Assembly (NCBI RefSeq): GCF_001194135.2
Contig: NC_068981.1
Coordinates: forward strand, 107,113,042 to 107,163,941
Direction: 5' to 3'
Length of the DNA: 50,900 nucleotides
DNA from: Octopus bimaculoides
Lineage: Eukaryota
Below the pieces are notes generated by a model. It had not been told where the DNA came from, searched no databases, and saw only the letters and a program-made list of their open reading frames with translations. Below are positions 36,757 through 49,310 of the stretch, one piece after another (within the stretch, counting starts at the first letter, position 1; the number at the start of each line of letters is the position of its first letter). Position numbers and translations under genes: made by a program.

Positions 36757-38983
36757 CTCATCATCATCGTCGTCGTCCTCGTTTAATGTCCACTTTCTAT
36801 GCTGGCATGGGTTGGATGGTTTGACTGAGGGCTGGCAAGCCAGAAGGCTGCACCAGGCTCCAATCCAATCTGGCAATGTTTCTACAACTGGATGCCCTCC
36901 CTAATGCCAACTACTCCAAGAGTGTAGTGGATGCTTTTTACATGCCACCGGCATGAGGGCCAGTCAGGCGGTACTAGCATTAGCCATGCTTGAATGGTGC
37001 TATTTACATACCACTAGCATGGGAGCCAGTCAGACAGCACCGGCAACAACCACACTCGAATGATGCTTTTTACATGCCACCGGCACGGGAACCAGTCAGG
37101 CAGCGCTGGCAACGATCACGCTCGAATGGTGCTTTTTATGTGCGACTGGCATGGGACCAATCAGGCAACACTGACATTGACCATGCTTGAATGGTGCTTT
37201 TTACTTGCCACCAGCACAGGTGCCAATCAGGCGGTACTGTCATTGGCCATCACAACGACTTCACTTGCCTCAACAGGTCTTTACAAGCGCAGTTTATTGC
37301 CCAATGATTGAAGGGTACTCTTAAATGGGCTGGTTATGCTGCACTGGCAAAGGCCACACTTATGATCTCACTTGGTTTGCAAGGTCTTCTCAAATACAGC
37401 CTATCTTCAAATGTCTCAGTCACTTGTCATGGCCTCAGTGAGGCCCAACATTCAAAGGTCATGCTCCAACACCTCATCCCAGGTCTTCCTGGGTCTACCT
37501 CTTCCACAGGTTCCCTCTACTGCTAGGGTGTGACACTTTTTCACACAGGTGTCCTCATCCATATACAACACATGATCATACCAGCGCAGTCATCTCACTT
37601 GCACACAACATCTGATGCTTATTATGTCTGACTTTTCTCTCAGGGTGCTTACACTCTGTTGTGTATGCACACTGACATTACACATCCTGCAGAGCATACT
37701 AGCTTCATTCCTTGCAAGCTTACACATGTCCTCAGTAGTCATGGCTCATGTTTCACTGCCATGTAGCATGGCTGTTTGCACACATGTGTCATACAGTCTG
37801 CCTTTCACTCTAAGTGAGAAGCTCTTTGTCACCAGCAGAGGTAGGAGCTCTCTGAACTTTGCCCAGGCTATTCTTATTCTAGCAGCTACACTCTCAGAGC
37901 AACCACCACCACTCCTGACTTGGTCACCTAGATAGCGGAAGCTATCAACTAATTTTAGTTTTTTCCCTGGAATGTGACAGAAGCTGTTTTCTGCACATTT
38001 TCAGTCTTTACTGCCCCTGAACATTTGCCACACACAAAAACTATCTTCCCAGCTAGCCTTCTTTGATATTGCTGCACCTCTTATGTATCCATAGCTTACA
38101 CCAGGTACATCTTATAGAGTTTCTACCTACACTTTTTCTACAGATCGAGCAGGGCCATCTACCTGAAGGGATTTGTGTTTTGTCTGCCTTTCTACTTATT
38201 AAGACTTTGGTTTTTGCTAGATTGACTCTAAGGCCCTTTGATTCTAAACCTTGCTTCCACACCTGAAACTTCTCCTCTAGTTTTGATAGTGACTGAGCTA
38301 TTAGAGCAAAGTCATCAGCATAGATAAGCTCCCAGGGGCATCCTGTCTTAAATTCTTCTGTTATTGCCTGGAGGACTATGATGAATAAGAGGGGGCTGAG
38401 GACTGAATCTTGGTGGACCCCTACTCCTACCCGGAATTCTTCACTATACTTGTTGCCACCTTACTGACAGCATCCCTGTACATGGCCTATACAGCTCTCA
38501 CTAACCACTCATTTATCCCTAGTTTCTGCATTGACCACCACTTAAGTGATCAGGGGACCCTGTCAAAGGCTTTCTCCATGTCAATGAAAGGCAGGTACAG
38601 AGGTTTATTTTTGGCTAGGTATTTGTCCTGCAGCTGTCTTACCAGAAAATAGCATCAGTGATGCTTTTCCCTGGCACAAACCCAACCTGCATCTCATCTA
38701 GACTGACTCTCTCCCTAATTAGTTGGGCTATGACTCTCTCCGTGACTTTCATTACCCCTCTCTAATTATTCGTATCTAATGCATCACCTTTAACTTTGTA
38801 GCAGTTGAGTATGGTACTGACACACCAGTCATTGGGTATGACTCCGTGTATCACTTGATTGACTATAAGGGTGACTAGACTATAGCCAACGCTACCAGAT
38901 ATTTTAAGCATCTCTGTGGTGATTCCTGATGGGCCAGGGGCTTTCCGTCTTCATATCCTTAATTGCTTTATCTACCATAGCAG
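36757..38983 (-). mobile_element. 5'-truncated RTE-clade LINE (RT pseudogene)
   Basis: (CAT/CGT)n tail at 36759, 3'UTR with 66-bp repeats, and RT read on minus up to MVDKAIKDMK..APGPSGIT. Probable degraded TSD AAATA(A)AACAGC at 36742 and 38984. Confidence 0.93.
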
Positions 38984-40537
38984 AAATAAACAGCAATTAA
39001 ATTGTAACTGTTGAGGAAGCTATAGTACCTATTGGGAAAGTATGTCATTGTTTTTAAAATTTTGAAGAAATTAAGATGACACAGGATGGTGATGTATTGT
39101 GTATTAAATTATGTAGTTTGCTTTTATGCTCAAATTTTCTCAAAGGGCAACTTAATTTTTCATTTCATTTCATGGCTTATGAAATAAATGTCATGAATAA
39201 ATTACTGTTAAATTAACAGATGGTCTAATACCCAGCCTGACTACAATGCAGCATTTGAGTTGGTGAGAGTACTTACTGTTCCTCCAACATTCATTGTACT
39301 TGTTTCATAAGAATGAAACTTATTTAAAAGCACTATGTCTGCATTACATGTCTTCCTGTATGATTGCTCTATTGTTTCAGCCTGTGTTAGATATATATAA
39401 CCTTTACATTGTCCTTATCATTACCATGGTTATTTCAAGTGCCCCTCACATTGCCTATCCATAAGTGCAGTCATCTCTTCTGTTGACATGAGATGATGCC
39501 TCTAAAACCTATCTGACCCCTTAGTTCATTCTCAGCAGGTCTTCCACTTAGAATGTCCATTTCTCATTATCATTTACTTTTTATAAGTTTTTTTTGCTTA
39601 TTTCTGTCTTTTCCTACAAATCATGTAATAATCAATGTTCATTACAGTTAGTCTGTTAACTTTTATCACAGCTTATGCATTAGCAGACACCTACTATTAA
39701 AGTGGACATACAAAAGCATGGGTTCAAGCAGCTAGATAAATAGTACATTTCGGGTTTTTTTATTTTATTTTGTTATTTAATAATAGTGACTTTTTAATGT
39801 TGAGGCAGCACAATGAATGTTAATAATTGGCTCCACTATATAATTAGCACTTATTTTATTACTCCCAGAAGTCTGAAAGGTTGACAATAATTGAATCCCT
39901 AACTAGAAGGCATTGAATCCAATACAGTAAAGTCTCTATTATTAATTTTGCTTAGGATTATGGCTGATTATTTTATTAGTAACATTTAGAAATATTTTTT
40001 TTCACTTAGCTAATCAGTTATTTCATTAAAATGTTCACATTAGTGGGTTACAGGGGTACATTGAGTTAAAATTTTAAGAAAATTAAATAAAGACAAAGGT
40101 TTTGTAAAATTGTGTGAAGTTAAATTGGGTTGCCATTCAAATCATTAAAGGTTGCTGCCATCAAAGAATTTCTATTTGAAAGTTTTAGGTTTGATGTATA
40201 GATCTTCATTAATATTCCACATTGCAGCTTGTTTTTTTAAACCCTGAATCTTTACTTTGTTGTACATTAACTTAGAAATCTGTATTCAGTTTGCTTAGGT
40301 TTCTAACTAATTAGGTCTTAGTTGATGCTAGATAAAGTAATGGTAAGGATGCTGATAATTCCTGTGCTCTTTTTAAGATAAATTTCATAATAGAAAAATA
40401 GATATGTTCAGTCTGGTATTAACAATTAATATTATTGAATATTTTACTAAAACTGTAATGAATTGAGACTAGCCTGATTGGGCTTTCGCATCATTGTAAA
40501 CAAAATAAAATTAAACTTCTCTCTTGATTGATTATAG

Positions 40538-40677
40538 GTGTAAGGTCAGCTGATTTTGGTGACATTAGTGAGCGTGTTGAATTCCGAAAAAAGAAAAAGT
40601 GCAAGTCATTCCGTTGGTACCTTGAGAATATTTACCCTGAATCTCAGATGCCATTGGATTATTATTCTGTTGGAGAG
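40538..40677 (+). CDS. GALNT1: GalNAc-T exon F (140 nt): (G)[46 protein letters not shown]
   Basis: Acceptor gattatag, donor GTGAGT at 40678; GDIS.R...R....[12 protein letters not shown] motif (end of catalytic domain and linker); phase 1/0. Confidence 0.96.
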
Positions 40678-41067
40678 GTGAGTTTACATTATGTATTTAA
40701 TCTATTGTTGTAATCTAATCAAATGGTGTAGCTTGAGTATTGTAGCTTAAATTATTTTCCTATTATTTTGATCTCTCTTGTTAACCAAGTAATAAATTGA
40801 TTGCATGTAAGTTTAGTAGTATTTCAGATAGATTAACACATTAATGATTGTCCATTGCCTAAACACCATTAAATATGTGTTGTCATATTGCCAATAATAG
40901 ACATGTTTTACTGCTTTTAATAGAGAAATAATGAGTCTGTAGCACAAAAATCAAATCAGTTGCTTTCAAGAAAATTATACCAGTTACTAAACATTGAGAA
41001 TACAGCATTGTTATCAGCAGAGGCCATTACATATTACTTATCGTCCTGTTTTAATGTAATTTTCCAG

Positions 41068-41166
41068 ATTCGAAACAAAGCAAGTGGGTTGTGTCTTGAT
41101 AGTATGGGACGGAAGAGTGGTGAAAAAGTCGGCATGGTATCTTGTCATGGTTTTGGAGGAAATCAG
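41068..41166 (+). CDS. GALNT1: GalNAc-T exon G (99 nt): [33 protein letters not shown] (ricin-B lectin alpha repeat)
   Basis: Acceptor aattttccag, donor GTCAGA at 41167; CLD...CHG.GGNQ with the sugar-binding D, H and N present; phase 0/0. Confidence 0.95.
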
Positions 41167-41754
41167 GTCAGACCAATATACTTATTTGCTATTTACCCAA
41201 TTCTTTATATCTTTCTAATTAAACTTCTTTTTAAACTTGTATACAAATATAAAAGTTAAAAAATATGGTGTTTACTTTAGTATTAATTACATTACAATAA
41301 ATAATTAGTAATATAAGTTTAAAAATAGTTAAATAAATTTCATGATCTAAAATATTTGAGTATATATTTTAGTGTAGGATTATAAATTTCAATTACATTA
41401 TATTATTTGAGGTTGTGTATTCTTACTTCAGGAAAAATTCAAGACTGTTTTAATCCAGATATTTTGTAACTGTATTATTAGCGCCTGTTTTGTTGAAATT
41501 GCTCAGATTATAACATTCCTTTGGCTAATTAGCTAGCTCTGAGCATTATAGTAGTAACTTACTGCTAATTTCCTGTACTGTAAATTATGAATAATGAAGT
41601 GAACTTGTCTGACATAGTTTGAGCCCTGTAATAAAATAATAAAATTTAGTGTTCTAGTTCACATTAACCAAGTGGATACAATCTTGGAACATTAGAGATA
41701 TATTCACTCGTCTCTCTATGACAGCATAGAAAGTGGATGTAAAATTATGATGAT

Positions 41755-41915
41755 ATATGTACGTTTATATGTATGTACATATATACATATATGTAGGCAT
41801 ATATGTGTACATAGACATTCATGTGTGAATATATATGTGTATATATTTGTATATATGTACATATACATGTGTGTTTGTATATATATATATATATGTGTGT
41901 GTGTGCGTGTGTGTG
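41755..41915. repeat. Mixed (AT)/(GT) low-complexity microsatellite
   Basis: Directly visible. Confidence 0.85.
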
Positions 41916-44324
41916 TGCAATGGATTAGTGTCATTTATAATACAAATGCTTTCAAAAATATTTATGTTGTAAATTAATTTCATGTTATTCCTTTTAGACA
42001 GTCAGACTATTGGAATGGAATATGTATTATAAATTGTATATCAATTTATTTTGGCTTTTTTTTTTTTAAATTTATGTCAAATTAATTTAGTGTGTGAGTG
42101 GAAATATAGAAATTACTTTGGGGTCATGTTCAATTTTGGACAATACTCTGTGACTTCCTTTTATACTTTGAATGATTTTTGTGCTTGAATATGAATTAGC
42201 AGTATATATGTATTAATGTCTTGGTTTGGTTAATTTTTGTTGAATTAATTTTGTTTACAAGTCAGAATATAGAAATTGCTTAATATCATTTGTTATCATC
42301 ATTCTAATGTCCACTTCCCTATGCTAGCATAGATTGGGTGGATCTCCACAACAATAAATAGCTATTTGACTTGAAGGCTACACCATAAAAGATTACTAGA
42401 AATTAAATTTCCCAGGGGCTCAAGAATAATAAAGGCAACTAATAATACTTTGTGTATATATATATATATAGCTAGTTGATAAAACCTATATTTACTTTAG
42501 TGCTATTTGCATAAAGACTGATCATTGAATAGACTTGTTTTGTTATCAATTTCCTTTGTTAAAGTGATTAGCTGGTTGTTTAATATTTTCATTCATCAAT
42601 GTGAAATTGTGCTTTAAACTTTTTCACTTGTGTGATGAAACAAAAGCAAAAATTTTTATACTATGAACCAAGAAGAAACTTGGTAAATTTTTGACTTGGA
42701 AGTAAATGTTTTGAAATTGAGTTTTATTGTAAAGGCTTTTTAAATAAAATTAAGTGAAATTTTATTTCAAAGATTGGAGCAATCTTTATTGATATTTATT
42801 GGAAGACATTGTGAGGGAATTTGGTATACTTATACATGATTTATGTATTTAAATCCTGCTGGAGATATTGTATGATCTCCTTGAGACAAAAATAAGCCGT
42901 CTGTTTGACATAGCAGATCATCAATCTGAAGAACTCCTGTACGAAATGGTTCTGGAATAATATTTAAACTTACATGCCTCTTCAGCTAATAAGATCATGT
43001 TAATGCTATGATGTAAAAGGTGCAGGAAAAATTAGTTAAACTTGCAATAATTAGATTTGGTTCTTTTTATTGAATTAATTGAAGCTTGTATTTATACTTA
43101 ATTGATTAGCATATTTATGATCTCTCACAAGTTGATTAAATTCCATTATATGGTTCAATTGGTTAGTCTGCTAAAGCAGACTGTAACCAATTGAATGCCT
43201 GGAGGTAAATGACAGACACATGCAACACACTAAATAAGATCTAGTTTTTCTCCATATTTTAACATGCTATTGGTTTTTATTTTATCATCACACAAGGGGT
43301 AGAATGTTGTCACTTTAGACTAAGATTTACACCAAGAACCAATAAATCAGAAAACTACTCATCAATTATCAACACAAGTATAGTGTTCTATCACTGAATT
43401 ACCATCCTGGTATACTCTGCTACATTGCTGGTAATGGTTACAGTGTTTTTAATGTAGACTTAATCCAAGAAAATATACAAGCAGTCTGAAAATATTGATT
43501 GTCCAACACTACATTGTTGAGGAAATGGCACTGAATCAACTTTATCAAAAATTTCAAAACTATTATCATTAAAGCTTCTTCTTTAAATACATTTCACTTA
43601 ATATGTATAATGTAAAGTAGTTGAAAGAAAACAATTTTACTTTTACTTTACAAATCTACTCAATGTGAATTTCTTTTCATCAAAATTTTTACTTCGGTCA
43701 GCTCAGTATATTATTACCTTAATATGCTATAAGATTACATATATTTATCTATTGAGTATTTTGCTTGTAATGCAGAATTCTTCAACATGTTGCCTACCCA
43801 AATATGTTTTGATTCACCATTAAAATATGTAACATTGTTAACTTATTTTGCAGTTACTTGTATTTAATGCATTTATATCATGTTCAGAAAGTATTGCCCA
43901 AGTTACTTAAAAAGTCGTGGGCTCTTCCTTTTATTGTTATTGTATATTTGTTAGTCCTCTTCAATTCTGGACATTACTGTATTAATTTCTATTATAATTT
44001 ACTTAACATGGTTTGTGTATTTGAATGTAAAATTGTTCCATGAGTCATCCAGAAAATTGTTAATTGAGTAATATATTGTTTAGTTTTATGTTTTTATTGT
44101 CATCATACATGTATTTACTGATGTAAATGAAAAAACAGTTTTTTAAAAAAGCAGCTGGCTGGTAAGACTATTTTATTCATTGTTCTTTCTTTGCTTTATT
44201 TTGAATTTTTGTAATATTTTTAGTTCACCATGGAGTAGTAAATTTACAATGTTTTTGATTATATTCTAGATTGTCATAGTTTGTTTATAATGGGTTTATT
44301 ATCTAACAAACTACCATTATTATA

Positions 44325-44545
44325 AGGCTGTGGACTGGTGGATCATTGGAACTGACGATTATTAGAGCATTAGAAAAAATGCCTTGTATCATTTCTTCTA
44401 ACACTTTACAGTCTGAGTTCAAATCTTACCTAAATCAGCTTAGCTTTTCCTTCTTTCAAATTCATTAAAATAAACTACCAATCTAAGTTCTGGCATTGAG
44501 TGTACAGACTAACTCTCCCCTAAAAATGCTGTGGTCTTATACTTA
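44325..44545 (+). mobile_element. Degenerate SINE family A-like element
   Basis: gagttcaaatc B box followed by a decayed core and tail. Confidence 0.5.
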
Positions 44546-45560
44546 AATCAGAAACTATTATTTTTACATTTGAACTCCTGAAATATCTATCAGCTGAATT
44601 TATTTATCACACAGGCATGTAAATGATGTCAACACTGGTATGCAACGACATATTTTCACAACAATATCCAAATTTATCTTCTTGTACTTTATGGCTTGTC
44701 TATGTTGTCCATCTAAAGTTGCAATGGCTGATAAGCTGCAATTCTACTTTGTTAGGTACTTTACTTCATGTACTATCTACAGCCAGGAGTATTACATAGG
44801 ATTTACTGTACTTGACTATCATTTTATTAAAGAAATACAATAAATAAAGTAAATATAAAAATATGGAGATGGAAATGATTTCAAATATAGTAACAGATCA
44901 TTTCAGCCCATAATACTGAGGTGTAAAGAAATATCATCTCATCATCTCAATATTTGGCATGGAGATATATAGAGCATCTCAATATATTTTGCAGAAGTGT
45001 TAGAGGAAGATTATCTTAATACTATTCATATGTTCACTTCTATAATTATGCTTTCACCAATAATACAACTATAACTTGGCTTTGTTAAGATCAATTGAAA
45101 AATGTTACTGCATAGACTTTTAGCTAAGCTGTCTGAATAAATCTGAATCACAATTTCTATTATCATTGTTCTTTTTAATTTCATGACAACTTTTTATTCT
45201 CCAGTCTACACGTTGCTGCTAAATGTTTCAGCTTTCAGCATTCATCGTCATGTCACTTCTGATGATGCATTTTTACACTGGCAAAGAACAAAAGTAATCA
45301 ACTTTGATCATGTTGCAACTAGTTCTTTTGGATTGACTCATGTGTATGTTTGCGTATATGTGTGTGTATATATATGTATATATATATATATTATGACAAA
45401 TTCAATTACACAGTTTTTGCTTTTTTTTGGTGGGGGGAGATGGATTCAAAACTTTGGCAATGTTACAGCTCCAAGAATAAAATAAGACAAAATAATTGGT
45501 ATGCTTTTTTGCCCCCTCTTTTTCATAAAATGAACATCTCAACTACATATATATATATAT

Positions 45561-45912
45561 ACTAGCCAATGAAAAATGCAGATGCATAGTAACAATATTA
45601 TTAACAATTAAACCTGGAAAAGTATAGGACAAGAAAAATCTCATTAAAATTAGAGCTTAAAATATTGCTGCTAAAATTTAAATTTTTTATTTTTTTATTA
45701 ATTCATTTAGTACAAAAAATAAAATTAAAATAAAAAAGGAAAAGTGAAATTAATTGAATTTTTTTTTAAATATGGAAATGTACCTAAGAGGTACTTTTTA
45801 ATTTTAGCGACAATATTTTAAGCTCTAATTTTAATGAGTTTTTCCTTGTCCTTTACCAGGTTTAATTTTTAAGAATATTGTTACTATACACCTGCATTTT
45901 TCATTGGGTAGT
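45561..45912. repeat. Foldback/MITE-like element with ~115-bp inverted arms
   Basis: 45561-45677 is the imperfect reverse complement of 45801-45912. Confidence 0.8.
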
Positions 45913-46795
45913 CCAGTGTTTTTACAGGCATTGCAATAATAGTAAAATTTGAATTAAAAATATATAAAATTACCATTTTTTGCANNNNNNNNNNNNNNNN
46001 NNNNNNNNNNNNNNNNNNNNNNNNNNNNNNNNGAATATATTTAAAGAATTTTATAAATAATGAAAAAAAAAAAAATGAGGATACAAATTTAATAAAATGA
46101 CTTTATTTTAAATAAATTAAATTAAATTAAATTAATATTCAATAGAATATAATTACAAGTAGCATTTGCCTTTTCTGAACAGCCTTACTACAGACTTCAG
46201 TACTGCTCATAGAGACAAAGCCACAAATAATCATATTCTATTTACTATAAAATTAATTAGTTCATATATGAGTAGTGTCCCTTGAATATCATGCAAAAAT
46301 TGATAAAAATTTGAGAATTAAAATTAAATATCTTTTTTTCCTAATGGATAAAATTTTATGAAACCTTTACCAATATATTCCTTTAACATTTCTCTTTCAT
46401 ATTAATATAATTTCAGCACTGTACAGAGACAAAGTTACAAATGAATATATTTAATAAAATGACTTTATTTTAAATAAATTAAATTAATGTTGAATCATAT
46501 AATAATTCTGCTTGTTCCTTCCTTAGTTTGTCCATCCATTACGCTCTTCATATAATATATAAGAGGAGGAACAGAGAGGTAGTAAGAGAGAAAGAGTCAG
46601 AGGGAGAGAGAGTGGTGATAGTGTGTGTGTTTGTGAACGTGTGACATTCTGTGTGTGCATCTATACATACATGTATAGATATGTGTAAACTGTAAATCAG
46701 GGATGGGATTTTTATTTATATATCTAATGAAACAAATGTTGAAATTGAAACAAAATGTTACTCAAAATGTGGAGGTTTTTATTATTTTTGTCAAG

Positions 46796-47449
46796 GGTGC
46801 ACGCTGGATGATATCTTCAACAATACATCTGAGGAAGCAAGAAGAAGCAGAGTAATTCTTTTGTCAAAGAACTCAGACTGCCTCTTGATCAATGAAGAAA
46901 TTTTGGGACAACTTCCAGGTGACTGCCGCACCTATTATAGTACAGATAAAGTTTTGACAGATGATCCTGCTGAGGCTGAGTGCTATCCACTTGAATTTCT
47001 AAACCTTTTGACACCATCAGTAATGCCTCCTCATAAATTGAGTTTAAATCCAGGCTCAATATAATGCTTCTTCGTAACACTTTTATCCAGAATGGACTCT
47101 GCAATGGTACTAGACTGGAAGTGGTGGCCATGCATCAACATACAATCGAGGCTCACTATTTGGCAGACGTGTCCTTGTCCCCAGAATAAAGCTGGATCCA
47201 AGCAACCCTAACTTGCAATTCACCTTGTTTCCTGTCTATTTGTCATATGTCATGACTATTAACAAGTCACAGGGGCAGACATTTAAGAAGATGGGATTGT
47301 TCTTATCTCAGCCAGTGTTCAGTCACAGGCAGTTGTATGTGGCATACTCTAGAGCTCACAAACTCTCAGATGTAAGGGTTAAGGTGATGGATACAGACAG
47401 ACAAGGAAGGAGAAGAGGGCAAACTGTTACTAAGAACATTGTCTGCTGA
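46796..47449 (+). pseudogene. Helitron PIF1-like helicase C-terminal fragment, frameshifted
   Basis: RVILLSKNSDCLLINEEIL..., YPLEFLNLLTPSVMPPHKL, IMLLRN...NGLCNGTRL, FPVYLSYVMTINKSQGQT, PVFSHRQLYVAYSRA; at least two frameshifts; no Rep domain. Confidence 0.88.
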
Positions 47450-47550
47450 GAGGTACTGACTTGAAGGAGTGGAGTGTTTTCATAAATTCTGGTGACCCTT
47501 GATTGCATTAGGTATGTGTCATTGATTTATATGTATACATTACATATACA

Positions 47551-47915
47551 GGCACAGGAGTGGCTGTGTGGTAAGTAGCTTGCTTACCAACCACATGGTT
47601 CTAGGTTCAGTCCCACTGCATGGCATCTTAGGCAATTGTCTTCTACTATAGCCTCAGGCTGACCAAAGCCTTGTGAGTGGATTTGGTAGACGAAAGCTGA
47701 AAGAAGCCAGTCATATATATGTATATGTTTGTGTGTCTGTGCATACCCCCCCCCCCCAACATCGCTTGACAACTGATGCTGGTGTGTTTATGTCCCCGTA
47801 ACTTAGTGGTTTGGCAAAAGAGAGAGATAGAATAAGTACTAGGCTTACAAAGAATAAGTCCTGGGGTTGGTCAAGGCTGCTGTGAAATGACTGAAACAAA
47901 TAAATGAATAAAAGA
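47551..47915 (+). mobile_element. SINE family B bipartite element, full length
   Basis: GGCACAGGAGTGGCTGTGTGGTAAG head, GGTTCAGTCCC B box, microsatellite, 3' module ending gactgaaacaaataaatgaataaaaga. Confidence 0.88.
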
Positions 47916-47926
47916 ATATATATATA

Positions 47927-49310
47927 TCATCATCATCATCATCATTGTTTAACGTCCACTTTCCATGCTAGCATGGGTTGGACGATTTGACTGAGGTCTG
48001 GTGAACCAGAAGGCTACAGCAGGCTCCAATCTGATTTGGCAGAGTTTCTACAGCTGGATGCCCTTCCTAACGCCAACCACTCCAAGAGTGTAGTGGGTGC
48101 TTTTATATGCCACCGGCACGAAGGCCAGTCAGGCGTTACTGGCAACAGCCACGCTCAAAATGGTGTATTTTATGTGCCACCCTGCACAGGAGCCAGTCCA
48201 GCGGCACTGGCAATGATCTCGCTCGAATGTCTTTACACGTGCCACCAGCACAAGTGCCAGGAAGGTGATGCTGGGCACAGGTGCCATCACGATTTCGCTT
48301 TCGCTTGCCCCAACAGGTCTTTGCAAGCCAAGTTTAGTGTCCGATGAAGGAGACGACGTTGGCATGGGTGCCAGTCGTCAAATTTAGTTCGATTTCAATT
48401 TCACTTGCCTCAACAGGTCTTTGCAAGCAGAGTTTAGCGTCCAATCAAGGAAGGTACACATAAGTGGGCTGGCTACACCCCTGGCAGAGGCCTTGGATTT
48501 AGGTCTCACTTGGCTTGCCGGGTCTTCTCACACACAACATATTTCCAAAGGTCTTGGTCAGAAGTCATTGTTTCAGTTACACCCAATGTTCGAAGGTCGT
48601 GCCTCACCACCTCATCCCAGGTCTTCTTGGCCCTACCTCTTCCACAGGTTCCCTCAACTGCTAGGGTATGGCACTTTTTCACACAGCTATCCTCATCCAT
48701 TCTCGCCACATGACCATACCAGCGCAATCGTCTCTCTTGCACACCACAACTGATGCTTCTTAGGTTCAACTTTTCTCTCAAGGTACTTACACTCTGTCTA
48801 GTATGCACACTGACATCAAACATCCACCGGAGCATACTGGCTTCATTTCTTGCGAGCCTACGCATGTCCTCAGCAGTCATGGGCCATGTTTCACTGCCAT
48901 GTAGCATGGCAGTGCATACACATGCGTCATACAGTCTACCTTTTACTCTGAGTGAGAGGTACCTTGTCACCAGCAGAGGTAAGAGCTCTCTGAACTTTGC
49001 CCAGGCTATTCTTATTCTAGCAGCTACACTTTCAGTGCACCCTCCCCCACTACTAACTTAGTCACCTAGATAGCGGAAGCTATCAACTAAGTCTAGTTTT
49101 TCTCCCTGGAATGTGGCAGAAGTTGTTTTCTGCATATTTACATTGTTTATAGCTCCTGAACATCTGCCACATACAAAAACTAACTTCCTAGTTAACCTTC
49201 CTTTGATATTGTTGCACCTCTTATGTGTCCATAGTTTGCACTAGGTACATCTTATAAAGTTTCTACCTGCGCCTTTTCTACAGTTCAAGCAGGGCCATCT
49301 ACCTGAAGGG
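47927..49310 (-). mobile_element. 5'-truncated RTE-clade LINE inserted at the SINE tail
   Basis: (CAT)n tail; minus ORF 48506-48970 RVKGRLYDACVCTAMLHGSETW...RRLRWYGHVARMDE...RGRAKKTW. Confidence 0.93.

Noticed and set aside
36932-37260. Regularly spaced repeats as a CRISPR-like array
   Set aside because: The units are contiguous and degenerate with no unique spacers, inside a eukaryotic LINE 3'UTR
42926-42952. CTGAAGA...CGAAATGGTT hammerhead-like string
   Set aside because: No helix I pairing and no convincing helix II or III; consistent with chance
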